Part shown: one piece after another, positions 19,783-29,890 of the stretch | Layout of the letters: each line of letters begins with the position of its first letter | Position numbering within the stretch: position 1 is the stretch's first letter | Source of the DNA: Acidobacteriota bacterium | GTDB taxonomy: Bacteria; Acidobacteriota; UBA6911; RPQK01; JADFOI01 | Length of the DNA: 64,000 nt | Direction: 5' to 3' | Assembly: GCA_963663035.1 (NCBI GenBank) | Contig: OY760074.1 | Span: forward strand, 2,336,001-2,400,000 | Notes under the pieces: generated by a model | Told to the model about the DNA's origin: nothing | The model's database searches: none | The model's input: the letters and a program-made list of their open reading frames with translations, nothing else | Made by a program: the position numbers and the translations under genes

Positions 19783-20055
19783 GTGAGCCTTATGTCAAAG
19801 CTAGCAACGACGAAGATGTCTTCGAAGGGTCAGGTTGTCATCCCTGAGGACATTCGCGTTAGTCTCGGTCTCAAGCCCGGCGAGCAATTCGTGGTGATTG
19901 GAGAAAAGGACGTCGTCATTCTTAAGAAGATTGTGCGTCCTTCCATGGCGGACTTCAACGAGTTGATCGCCACGGCGAGGCAACAAGCCAAAAAGGCTGG
20001 CATGAAACGTTCTGACATCTCAACTGCGGTCCGCGCGGTTAGAGGTCGGAGGTGA
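19783..20055 (+). CDS. AbrB/MazE-family antitoxin
   Basis: TTKMSSKGQVVIPEDIRVSLGLKPG; overlaps the toxin start (GTGA). Confidence 0.9.
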   Translation: MSLMSKLATTKMSSKGQVVIPEDIRVSLGLKPGEQFVVIGEKDVVILKKIVRPSMADFNELIATARQQAKKAGMKRSDISTAVRAVRGRR

Positions 20056-20453
20056 AGGTCGTCCTTGACACGAATGTCTTCCTCTCTGGTATCTTCTTTG
20101 GCGGGCTACCTTATGAGATTTTGAGGGCGTGGCGTGACCGTAGGCTCAGGTTGGTTGACTCTGCGGATATTCTGGATGAGTATAGAAGAACGGGTGAGAA
20201 GCTGGCTCGCCAGTTCGAAGGGGTAGATCTCGATCCACTTCTCGCGCTGGTGGTAACTGAAGGCAAGCTGTTTGTCTCTCCGGCCTTGCTTGAAGCCGTG
20301 TGTGACGATCCTGAAGATGACAAGTTTTTCGCATGCGCCATTGCGAGCAAATGCAAAGTGATTATCAGTGGCGACAAGCACTTGCTAAAGGCGACGGGAT
20401 ACCACGGCATTGAAGTGCTAAAGCCTCGAGCCTTTGCGGAGAGTTATCTCTAA
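20052..20453 (+). CDS. PIN-domain (VapC-like) toxin
   Basis: VVLDTNVFLSG, DPEDDKF, IISGDKHLL. Confidence 0.92.
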   Translation: MKVVLDTNVFLSGIFFGGLPYEILRAWRDRRLRLVDSADILDEYRRTGEKLARQFEGVDLDPLLALVVTEGKLFVSPALLEAVCDDPEDDKFFACAIASKCKVIISGDKHLLKATGYHGIEVLKPRAFAESYL

Positions 20454-20494
20454 TGGACGGACGAGGCAGCTAACAGTCTCTGAGGAGGAACTTG

Positions 20495-21874
20495 GAGGTT
20501 CCGTCAATAAGTGTGTAAATAGACATCAGGCGGCTTTCTCCTGGGTGACTGGGTTGACTGGAACTCCATTGACATATTGGGCTCCTTGGTAGACATCCTT
20601 CATCAAGTGGGGAGCCTTCAAACGGCGAAATCTCTTCTCAGCGACCAGCAGCATCTTCCAGATGACAGCCCGTGCGTTGGCCACTTTCTTGAACCTTCGA
20701 GCAGCATCGGTTCGCAGTCGCAGAGCAGAGAAGGGAGACTCCACTGGGTTGGTAGTCCGCAGATGTTGCCACTGCTGTTTGGGATAGTTGTAAAACGTCA
20801 CCATCCGCTCCCAGTCCTGGTCGATCAGATCAGCCGCTGCCTCCAGGCCTCTCTTGCTACACCAATGTTGGAATCGTCCTTTGACTCGCTCGGCTTCCTG
20901 CCGTGTTTCTGCATAAGGGATCTGCCGCAACATCAACAAGGCCGCTTTGTGCCGACTCTTGGGGATCTTGGCCAGCAAGTTGACGATGCGATGATTCCAG
21001 CATCTCTGCTCGTCGGCTTCTGGGAACACGTTGCGCAACGCTCCCCAGATCCCCAGATGCCCGTCAGCGATCACCAGACGGGGTGGGTTCATCCCCCGCT
21101 CTTTGAGATCCCGCAGCACTTCGGACCAGCTCTGGGTCGATTCTCGATAACCACTACTGACGGACACCACCACTTTAGTGCCATCACTTAAAGCGGCGAT
21201 CACTACCAGAATCACGGCCTTCTCCTTCTCCAGCCCTGCTTTGATGTACACGCCGTCCGCCCACAAATACACGACTTCCAGATCATCCAGCCGACGGCTC
21301 TGCCAGGCCTCCATTTCTCCCTGCCACTTCTGTTTCAACCGGGCTACGGTGCTGGGGGACAGCGGCGCTTCTTCCCCTAAAAGCCCTCTCAAGGCCAGAT
21401 CGAAATCCCCCTCGGCCAGACCATGTAAATAGAGTTCTGGAATCAAGTCTCGTACCTCTCGCGTTCGCTTGGCAAACAGCGGCAAGACCCGGCTCTCAAA
21501 ACGCTCTTCCAGATCCCGCACTCGGGGACGCCGCAGCTTGATCGTTCCGCAACTCATCGTCAGTCGCCGCTCCTTGCCGTAGCCGTTGCGATAGCCACCG
21601 GAGGCGTCCACTTCTCGGCGACGCTCATTCTTTCTTCGTCCCAGCAGCTGTGTCACTTCATCCTCCAGCAGTTCCTGTACGTAAAACTGGATCTGCTCTC
21701 GCACCCACTCTTCCAGCTGTTCAAAGCAGACTCTTGACTCCACACTGTGATCAATGTTCTTCTTGCTCATGGCGGTGTGACTCCTTCCTTTCGGGCTCTT
21801 CCGCCCGGGTTTTTATTTTCACCCGGAAGGATAATCACCGCCTGTGCTATTTACACACCTTTTGAGGGTAGCTC
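20495..21874 (-). mobile_element. IS256-family insertion sequence, copy 1 (1380 bp)
   Basis: IRs GAGGTTCCGTCAATAAGTGTGTAAATAG / CTATTTACACACCTTTTGAGGGTAGCTC and 8-bp TSD GGAACTTG. Confidence 0.95.
20526..21770 (-). CDS. IS256 (Mutator-type) transposase
   Basis: YRNGY, YLWADG, IADG, QRCWNH, TTNPVES motifs. Confidence 0.95.
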   Translation of the reverse strand: MSKKNIDHSVESRVCFEQLEEWVREQIQFYVQELLEDEVTQLLGRRKNERRREVDASGGYRNGYGKERRLTMSCGTIKLRRPRVRDLEERFESRVLPLFAKRTREVRDLIPELYLHGLAEGDFDLALRGLLGEEAPLSPSTVARLKQKWQGEMEAWQSRRLDDLEVVYLWADGVYIKAGLEKEKAVILVVIAALSDGTKVVVSVSSGYRESTQSWSEVLRDLKERGMNPPRLVIADGHLGIWGALRNVFPEADEQRCWNHRIVNLLAKIPKSRHKAALLMLRQIPYAETRQEAERVKGRFQHWCSKRGLEAAADLIDQDWERMVTFYNYPKQQWQHLRTTNPVESPFSALRLRTDAARRFKKVANARAVIWKMLLVAEKRFRRLKAPHLMKDVYQGAQYVNGVPVNPVTQEKAA

Positions 21875-22053
21875 GGAACTTGTCTTTCGCGTCTGGACTT
21901 CTTCAAATTAGCCCTTGCCAGCCGGCTAAGGCTTAGGTTTTCACCCAGTAGCTACTTCCGAAGAAGCGCGTCCTGGCCGCACCCTGGCCTACAGTGACCC
22001 TTTCGATGGCTTGGACAGAATTCCATTAAACAACTGATAAATAGGGAGATAGA

Positions 22054-22377
22054 TGGTGGAGGTAACCGGACTTGAACCGGTGACCCCCTGCTTGCAAAGC
22101 AGTACCCTTGTGTTTCACAACCTACTCAAATTCAATAAGTTACTGAGACAAAGAGATTTCCGTTTAGCAGATTTCAGCTAATTTTAGTCAATTTTGGCAG
22201 ATTTTGGAAAGATTTTCACACACCAATTCACACACCGGAACTTCAGCGGTGTAAATTCCGGAGATGTCGTTCCTTTATGCTAGCCGGAGAAAGACACTCA
22301 AATATGATTCTCCAGAGGTAACCTGAGCTTGTGCGCACGCCCTTTCTTCTAATCGGATAGAGTTTTTCGGGGGGACA
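22054..22377 (-). repeat. tRNA-Ala att repeat 3: 49-bp tRNA 3' copy, conserved arm and solo transposon end
   Basis: 22054-22102 is identical to the tRNA 3' part; same arm; ends CCTTTCTTCTAATCGGATAGAGTTTTTCGGGGGGACA. Confidence 0.9.
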
Positions 22378-22522
22378 ACCACAAAACCAAAGGGATCACA
22401 CCATAAACTCTTGTGAGTCCCAGCTGTTGCGGGGTTTTCCTGTTGTTGGGCGGTTCTGGGGTAGAAATGGGGTAGGAAATCAAACTTGCATGCGTGCTAT
22501 ACCACAGGGATCTGGGCCCTGT

Positions 22523-23941
22523 TTATTGGAACACCGCCATCTTGTGCTGGATCATGTCGTGCATGGTGTAGCCAATGCCGCCGATGCCATAACCGGAGGT
22601 GCGCCTTCCGGCAAAGGGCATCCAGTCCACGCGGAATGCAGTGTGGTCATTGACCATTACAGCTGATGCATCCAGGCGTTTGATCGTATCTCTGGCTACG
22701 GCCAGGTCGTTTGTATATACAGCAGCCTGGAAGGCCATATCCAGACCATTGGCACGATCGATCGCCTCACGACGATCTTTATAAGCGTACACGCACACGA
22801 CAGGTCCAAAGATTTCAAGCGTGGATACCTTGGCATCCATTGGTGGGTTCAAGAGCACTGTTGGCGCATAGGTCGTATCACTGAATTTCTTGCCCCCTGT
22901 CAGCAGCTGCGCACCATCGTCAACCGCCTCCGTCACCCAGGCATGCACCCGCTCCACTTCACGTGGCAGGATGAGCGGCCCCACTTCGGTGTCTTCCTTA
23001 GTGGCGTTCCCCACTTTCAGTTTGCCTGCACCCTCTGCCAACTGCTGAGCCAAGTCTGTGGCAATGGATTCCGCTGCAAACACGCGCTGTACGGAGACAC
23101 AGACTTGCCCGGCATGATAGAACCCACCTTTGAGCAGGGAGGGGATCACTGTGTCCAGACTGGCCGTGGCATCGACAATCACCGGTGCCGCTCCTCCGTG
23201 CTCCAGCGCACAGCGTACGCCTGGCGCCAATTTGCTGCGCAGCATCCAGCCCACTTTGGCTGATCCGACAAACGTGAAAAAGTGAATCCGTGAATCCGTC
23301 ACCAGCTTTTCTGCTACCTCATTGTCACACACGATATATTGGCACCACTCCTCGGATAACCCGGCCTCATAGACCAGTTCGACAAATCGGATGCAGTTCA
23401 GTGGGGTGGTCGGTGCAGGTTTGACAATCACCGGACATCCCACCGCAATGGCCGGCACGACTTGGTGGACGATCAGGTTTAGCGGGTGGTTAAAGGCGCT
23501 GATCGCTACTACAACGCCAATGGGCTCATAGGTGGTCAAGGCAGCACGCCCTGTAGCCGCAGGAGTATGCCCCATAGGAATTTCCTCCCCCCGCATGACC
23601 TGGGAAAGTTCCTTGATGGCCAGGCCGATGCCATCGATGGCACGGGCCACTTCCACTCGAGCATCCGTCAACGGCTTGCCGCCCTCTTGGGCAATGAGCA
23701 GGGCAAAGTCATCGGCTTCGCCATCAATGAATTAGGCTAATTTCTTTAAAACGGCAATACGCTCATGATGCTCCAACCAGCCATCGCGGTTTCTATAGCA
23801 TGCAAGTGCCTTCTCCAGCATGGCTTCAGCATCGTCGGCACTGTGCATTGGGATGGTGCTAATGAGCGACCCATCGAAGGGTGATAAGACGTCAAGCGTC
23901 TGGATTTCCTTCTCTTGTGTGGGCGCCTTCATAGCAGGCAT
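22523..23941 (-). pseudogene. Aldehyde dehydrogenase with an in-frame premature TAA at 23732-23734
   Basis: The two ORFs are in the same frame (KKLA*FIDGEADDFALLIAQEGGKP); AFNHPLN, FVGS, LEHGG, GQVCVS, EIFGP motifs. Confidence 0.88.
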
Positions 23942-25632
23942 ACCTTTTCTTTGAGTTCGTCCACCAACACCTTTTGGTTCTCTGAGTAGTCCACGGGTAG
24001 TTCAATCAGGTGAACTCCGCCCTCCTGATAGCATTGTTCCAATAAGGGCACCAGGCTTTCGGTGCGTGTCAGCCTATGACCATACGCTCCATAGCTTTCT
24101 GCATATTTTGCGAAATCAGGGTTGCCATACTGCAAACCAAAATCAGGCAAGCCCATGGCATACTGTTTCCAGCGGATCATCCCATAGGAATTATCGCGCA
24201 GTACCAGCACCACAAGGTTGAGCTTCAAGCGCACTGCAGTTTCCATCTCCTGGCTGTTCATCATGAAACCGCCGTCGCCGCAGACCGCCATGACGCGCCG
24301 ATCGGGATACAATCGTGCTGCCTCTATAGCGGAGGGCAGGCCAGCGCCCATCGTTGCCAGGGCATTATCGAGCAGTACGGTGTTCGGCTGAGTAGCAGGA
24401 TAGTTTCTGGCAAACCAGATTTTATAAACGCCGTTGTCCAGCGCTAAAATACTGTCGTCCAGCATGACCTTGCGCACGTCCCAGACTATCCGCTGCGGTT
24501 TCACCGGAAAGCTGTCATCATCCTCTCCTAAATGGATATGCTCTTGAAACTGGTCCCTCACCTGCATGAAGTAAGCGAAGTCATGTGATCTGGTTTTACC
24601 GGCCTTATCCGCAATGCGTGTCACAGAAGTTGCGATATCCCCCACCACTTCCAACTGGGGGAAATAAACGTTGTCTACGGTTGCCGACTTGAAGTTGATG
24701 TGAATAACCTTGGCACCCTCATGTTCCATAAAAAAGGGAGGTTTTTCTACCACATCATGGCCAACGTTAAGAATCAAATCTGCCCGATTGATCGCACAGT
24801 GTAGGTAATCCCCGTCAGATAAGGCCGCAGTACCCATAAACAGAGGGTGCAGTTCCCCGACCACGCCTTTACCCATCTGGGTGTCGAAAAACGGAATACC
24901 GGTGTGATCAAGAAATTTTGAAAGAGTGTTCCATATCCGCTTACGGTTTGCACCCGCACCGATGAGAAGCAAGGGGTGTTTTGCCTTTTTTATCATAGAA
25001 ACTGCATCATCAATGACCGTTTGATCGGCATCGCCGCGGAGCCGCTTGCTGATTTCAAACACCGGTGTGGTGTCTGCATCTACCGGTTCTCTCGCAATAT
25101 CTTCCGGCAATTCCAGGTGCACCCCGCCGGGACGTTCTTCCTCGGCCTGGCGGAAAGCCTCGCGTACCATACTGGGGATCATGTTTACATTGACGATCTG
25201 TCGGGTGAATTTGGTTAGGGGACGCATCATGCCCACAATATCCACAATCTGAAATTGTCCCTGCTTACTCCTTTTAATAGGCTTCTGCCCCGTGATCATC
25301 ATCATGGGGAAGGCTCCTAGCTGCGCATAGGCTGCCGGTGTCACAAGATTCGTTGCTCCCGGTCCAAGGGTGGCAAGACACACGCCGGTTTCACCTGTCA
25401 ATCGTCCATAGGTCGCTGCCATGAACCCTGCTCCCTGCTCATGACGGGTAAGAACTAACTGGATACTGGACTTGCGTAAGGCTTCTAAAAAGTCCAGATT
25501 CTCTTCGCCAGGCACGCCATAAATGACCTCCACGCCCTCATTTTCAAGGGCCTTGATGAACAGATCGGAGGCATTTTGGGGTTCCTGGGCGGGTGGTACC
25601 ACTTCTTTCCGGGCGGTGGCCATGCTCAACAC
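23929..25632 (-). CDS. TPP-dependent enzyme, acetolactate synthase large-subunit-like
   Basis: GVPGEEN, RHEQGAGFMA, TLGPGATN, GDGGF...N TPP motif. Confidence 0.92.
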   Translation of the reverse strand: MLSMATARKEVVPPAQEPQNASDLFIKALENEGVEVIYGVPGEENLDFLEALRKSSIQLVLTRHEQGAGFMAATYGRLTGETGVCLATLGPGATNLVTPAAYAQLGAFPMMMITGQKPIKRSKQGQFQIVDIVGMMRPLTKFTRQIVNVNMIPSMVREAFRQAEEERPGGVHLELPEDIAREPVDADTTPVFEISKRLRGDADQTVIDDAVSMIKKAKHPLLLIGAGANRKRIWNTLSKFLDHTGIPFFDTQMGKGVVGELHPLFMGTAALSDGDYLHCAINRADLILNVGHDVVEKPPFFMEHEGAKVIHINFKSATVDNVYFPQLEVVGDIATSVTRIADKAGKTRSHDFAYFMQVRDQFQEHIHLGEDDDSFPVKPQRIVWDVRKVMLDDSILALDNGVYKIWFARNYPATQPNTVLLDNALATMGAGLPSAIEAARLYPDRRVMAVCGDGGFMMNSQEMETAVRLKLNLVVLVLRDNSYGMIRWKQYAMGLPDFGLQYGNPDFAKYAESYGAYGHRLTRTESLVPLLEQCYQEGGVHLIELPVDYSENQKVLVDELKEKVCLL

Positions 25633-25770
25633 TCCTTTATGCTAGTGGGACTTGCGCTCATATCCTATAAGATGTAGGCATCGAGGGATAGGAACGTTCG
25701 ATCAGCAGTGCTGCCGGTTCACCAAAAGTTTGTCGTCGCAGAGTGAAGAGACTCTGTCAAGGGCACTGCC

Positions 25771-26517
25771 CTACCGATATAAAGGATTGGGGTGGTCAAA
25801 GCGACAACCCGCATCCCATTTGGAGCGTTGATTGCCATGTGCTGGAATCCCGCCTGCGTCCTTGATCATTCGCGCAAGGTGGAGCAGATTCCAGGTCATG
25901 AACGTGGTGTTGCGATTGGTAAAATCATTCTCGGGCCCTCCCGATCCTGGATCCAGATAGGAGGGTCCCGGTCCTGCCGGTCCCAGCCAGTCAGCATCGG
26001 CTTGAGGCGGAATGACGTATCCGAGGTGCTGAAGAGAATAGAGAATATTCATCGAACAGTGCTTTGCTCCGTCCTCGTTACCTGTAATCAAACACCCTCC
26101 TACACGACCGTAATAGACGTATTGTCCATTGTCGCTGAGATCCCCAGAATTAGAATAGAGTCGCTCGATGGTTTTCGTACACACTGAAGTCTTTTCACCC
26201 AGCCAAATCGCTGAGGTGATCACCAGTATTTCTGCTACTTTGACCTTCTCGTAGATCTGGGGCCAATCATCTTGCTCCCAGCCCTGCTCCGTCATGTCCG
26301 GATAGACTCCATAGGCAATGTTGTAGTCGACGGGGCGCACAACCTCCACGGAAACGCCGTTTTTCTCCATGATGGCCTTGGAGATCTCGACGAGACCCTG
26401 AGTATGGGAGGGCTCCGGCGTCTTCTTTAAGGTGCAGTTGAGAAACAGCGCATGGAGATCGGAAAAATCCCACTGGCTGGACTCACACATCTCGAGTTGC
26501 TCGTCGCTTAATTCCAT
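25771..26517 (-). CDS. Flavodoxin-family protein (WrbA-like/NADPH-dependent FMN reductase)
   Basis: FLNCTLKK...SHT, DDWP, IWLGE, TGNEDG; RBS GGAGG. Confidence 0.85.
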   Translation of the reverse strand: MELSDEQLEMCESSQWDFSDLHALFLNCTLKKTPEPSHTQGLVEISKAIMEKNGVSVEVVRPVDYNIAYGVYPDMTEQGWEQDDWPQIYEKVKVAEILVITSAIWLGEKTSVCTKTIERLYSNSGDLSDNGQYVYYGRVGGCLITGNEDGAKHCSMNILYSLQHLGYVIPPQADADWLGPAGPGPSYLDPGSGGPENDFTNRNTTFMTWNLLHLARMIKDAGGIPAHGNQRSKWDAGCRFDHPNPLYR

Positions 26518-26581
26518 GATTTCCTCCTGTGGTCAAACAAACTCTTTCATTTCATAGTGGAGAGCCTTAGTGGCATCTCCG

Positions 26582-26872
26582 CTATCTCCTCACGCTCGGG
26601 TAGCTCTGTATCCGGCATACTCCCCAGAGCAGCCGAAGATCAATGCGTGACGCATCGGTAAACAGAATGAGGATCAAGGCCAGTTCCGCCACCAGACGGA
26701 CCAGCTCACCGTCGAAACTGAATCGAATCAGCCCAAGCGCCTCCTGACTGACCAGATAACCAAAGAACACAAAGGCCATCGGAGGCGTTATCAAGCTCCT
26801 CTCCGCCCGTGCCGACACCAGTCCGAATGCTAGTATTCCAAAGGCGACTACCGTGTAACCTAGTGCTTCCAT
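26582..26872 (-). pseudogene. N-terminal fragment of a CPA1 cation:proton antiporter
   Basis: ITPPMAFV...AELALILILFTDASRIDL, then abrupt end after about 3 TMs. Confidence 0.7.
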
Positions 26873-27234
26873 GATCCCTGTTTGGGCGTGTCAACTATCT
26901 GATTAACCTGAGATTCAACCACTCAAATCAGTTCTGAATCGGCCAAAATCTCAACTCCATCCGCCTCCTCCAGGCACCTTCGCCTATTTTCTCAAGAACC
27001 TTGTAATGACTAATGGTCGTTCCGACCATACGACTCCCCCCCACTGTGCAATGTAGTCGCTCCCAATGCTAAATCTGCAGGGGGTGAATAGGCAATCAAA
27101 ATTGCCGCTTATCTTGGCTGGAGTTGGGTCGAATGGGGTGGTCTGGTTTTGGCGCGGTTACAATTTCGGTTACAAAACGCCGATTTCGGCCTTTTCAGGG
27201 GAGACGGCCTTCTCTCAACTTATTGATTCTATTA

Positions 27235-27302
27235 TGCCCGGGGAGGGACTCGAACCCTCACGAGGGAAACCCTCACAGGATTTTAAGTCCTGTGCGTCTG
27301 CC
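27235..27302 (-). pseudogene. 5'-truncated tRNA-Leu(TAA), att-like fragment
   Basis: Anticodon arm CAGGA-CTTAAAA-TCCTG, long variable arm, T-arm GTTCGAGTC and acceptor 3' strand are present; the 5' acceptor strand and first half of the D arm are missing. Confidence 0.8.
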
Positions 27303-27540
27303 TCGAACCCCAAAGCTAACCTGGCCGTATAACGCCCATCTCGTCCTCTTGCTGCTGAGCGAAAATCACTAGTCCGGTTTGCCGACTATACGGCCACGTG
27401 ACGGTATTCAGGTCGACGCGCGCTTTAAGTTGCTCGAACTTCACAGGACCCAATCCGGAAAGCGTCTCAGGGTGGGCGATCTCGAACGGCTCGGCTCAGC
27501 AGCGGGCCGTTAGGCGTACATAGAAACGAGCGACAGCAGG

Positions 27541-27720
27541 ATGAGCAAGAATCGATCGACACAGACTGCCGTTGGAGTGTGGGGCGCAAGGGGCACCGCC
27601 CTTGGCGCTGCTTTCGGCGCAGCATTCGGTGATGTGGCGATTGGTGTTGCGCTCGGCGTTGCAATCGGGTCAGCGATGAGTAAGCGACCCAAGGACAACA
27701 GCCATGAAGACGACGCCTAA
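27541..27720 (+). CDS. 59-aa glycine-zipper membrane peptide (not in the ORF track)
   Basis: MSKNRSTQTAVGVWGARGTALGAAFGAAFGDVAIGVALGVAIGSAMSKRPKDNSHEDDA*; bracketed by GTTAGGC and GCCTAAC. Confidence 0.55.
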   Translation: MSKNRSTQTAVGVWGARGTALGAAFGAAFGDVAIGVALGVAIGSAMSKRPKDNSHEDDA

Positions 27721-27774
27721 CGAATTCAGGATTCTTGTCGTGCGAATCCGCGATCCACGACAAGAATCCTTAAT

Positions 27775-28060
27775 TCGTTAGATGTAAGTCGCTCGATGTT
27801 GCCACCGTCGGCATCTATGACGTAGATCTCGGAGTTCCCATCGCGATTTGAGTGAAAGACGATTCTTTGCCCATCTGGAGACCACGGGGGCCGGGCATCC
27901 CTCTTGTCATTGTGCGTAAGCCTCTGGCGTTCGACCCATCCGCACCCATCACGTAGATCTCGAAGTTCCCGTCGCGGGTCGAGTCGAAGGCAATCTTCTG
28001 ACCATCGGGAGACCCGTTTGGAGCGACGCTTTGGGCGTGTCTGCCAGGGGTGCGTGTCAT
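27775..28060 (-). pseudogene. Fragmented TolB-like PD40-repeat gene
   Basis: SPDGQKIAFDSTRDGNFEIYVMGADG and WSPDGQRIVFHSNRDGNSEIYVIDADG lie in different frames. Confidence 0.8.
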
Positions 28061-28432
28061 TTGCTGCACATTGGAACCGTCGCGCCGCGAACCGATCACG
28101 GGACCTTGAAAGTCTTCCACTCATTCCCGCCGGTTCGAGCCAAGATCGAACACAAACAGTTCAGTCTGAGGGAGCGGCTCGCCTATCTTGAAGACGCGCT
28201 GCCCTTTCCGTGCACCCTATCACACCATCAGCAGCGCCGGATTGGTGGGAGGAGCCTACCCCACCCGGCCTGTATGTGCGTTAGGATCATTCTCCTCACG
28301 CCGACCCAGGTTTTTACCACTCCATACCGTATGACACAGCCCAATGTTCATACTTGTTTCAACATATTGTCATTTGAGTGACGCGCGTCACTGTCTGCCT
28401 TTTCGAAAACCTCAAGAATATTTGAGTAAGCA

Positions 28433-28639
28433 ATGAAAATATCATGGCATCGTCGTTGCCCGACGTGTAGGGGGAAAAAGGTCATTAAAAGCTACCACAC
28501 ATACCGCTGTGAGGGATGTCAGATTGACTTCAGAGGAAAGAAAATTGGCTTCTGGCCTTTTGTGGTCAGAATCGCATTCCCGTCTAAGGATAATCGGAAG
28601 GAAAAGATCCAGCCAAAAGAACCTGACCTTGCCCCCTAA
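28433..28639 (+). CDS. Small putative zinc-ribbon protein, C-terminus runs into IS3
   Basis: CPTC...CEGC; the last codons derive from the IS3 IR. Confidence 0.4.
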   Translation: MKISWHRRCPTCRGKKVIKSYHTYRCEGCQIDFRGKKIGFWPFVVRIAFPSKDNRKEKIQPKEPDLAP

Positions 28640-29890
28640 AACGAGTCCAGTTTGAATGTTAGGATTTCCGGTTTAGGAAGGAGGCAAGGATGGCAGGGAA
28701 GCGGTTTAGGGCAGAACAGATCATCATGAAGCTGCGTGAGGCAGAGGTGGGTCTGGCCCAAGGACAGAGGGTGGGACAGGTGTCGAAGCAGATGGGGGTG
28801 AGCGAGCAGACCTACTACCGGTGGCGCAAAGAGTACGGAGGGCTCCGGTTGGACCAGGCCAAGAGGTTGAAGGTGTTGGAGAAGGAGAATACCCGGTTGA
28901 AGAAGCTGGTGGCGGATCTGTCTTTGGACAAGCAGATCCTGAAGGAAGTGTCCTCGGGAAACTTCTAGGCCCGGCGAACAGGAGACGAGCGGTGATGTGG
29001 GTACGAGAGCGATTAGGAGCAGAGCGAGTCTCCGAACGTCGGGCCTGCCAAGTGCTGGGACAGGTTCGATCGACCCAGCGAAGGGAAAGGCAAATTCCCG
29101 ATGATGAGGCCCGATTGGTGGCCCGGATGGTGGAGTTGGCTACGCAATACGGGCGTTATGGCTACCGGCGGGTCACGGCGATACTTCATGGGGAAGGGTG
29201 GAAGGTGAATCCTAAGCGGGTGGAGAGGCTGTGGAGACAAGAAGGGCTGAAAGTCCCGTCCAGACAGCCGAAACGAAGGAGGCTGTGGCTTAATGACGGT
29301 TCCTGTGTTCGGTTACGAGCGGCTCGCAAGAACCACGTCTGGAGCTATGATTTCGCGCATGAACGGACCCATGATGGGCGAGCCTTTCGGCTATTGACGA
29401 TCCTGGATGAGTACACCAGAGAGTGCCTCGCCATTGATGTGAAACGGCAGATGAATCACCAAGACGTGTTGGACCGGCTGGCGGAGTTATTCGTTGATCG
29501 GGGAGTGCCTGAGTTTATCCGGTCCGATAACGGATCGGAGTTTACGGCACAGGCGGTCCGGGACTGGCTGCAGGCTGTTGGGGTAAGGACCTTGTACATC
29601 GAGCCGGGCAGCCCCTGGGAGAATGGGTACATTGAGAGTTTCAACGGGAAACTACGGGATGAGCTGCTGAACATGGAGATCTTCGACACGCTGGGGGAAG
29701 CCAAGGTGTTGGTAGAACGCTGGCGGAGGGATTACAATCAGATCCGGCCTCACAGCGCCTTGGCCTATCGGCCGCCGGCGCCAGAGGCCAAACTACCTAG
29801 GTCGCAGGCACTGGATCCAATCCCTTGGAGTGGACTTCAAATGGTCCCGGGTCTAGCATAGAGGGTGGACTCGTTCGTGGGGGCAGGTCA
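28624..29890 (+). mobile_element. IS3-family IS copy 2 (OrfA 28690-28968, OrfB to 29861)
   Basis: Near-identical to copy 1; no TSD (AACC vs CTCT). Confidence 0.95.

Noticed and set aside
20465-20476. AGCTAAC after the PIN gene as an attC start
   Set aside because: Imperfect RYYYAAC and no matching GTT site or attC stem seen.
18464-22240. Repeats as a CRISPR array or as functional tRNA genes
   Set aside because: Spacing is 0.8-2.8 kb with genes between and no cas genes; each copy lacks the tRNA 5' 27 nt.
22455-22480. TGGGGTAG direct repeat as another integrase arm
   Set aside because: No associated core or tRNA fragment nearby; too short to support.
23732-23734. Stop-codon recoding in the ALDH
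   Set aside because: The codon is TAA, which is used as a normal stop elsewhere in the window, and no recoding signal is seen; a nonsense mutation or sequencing error is more likely.
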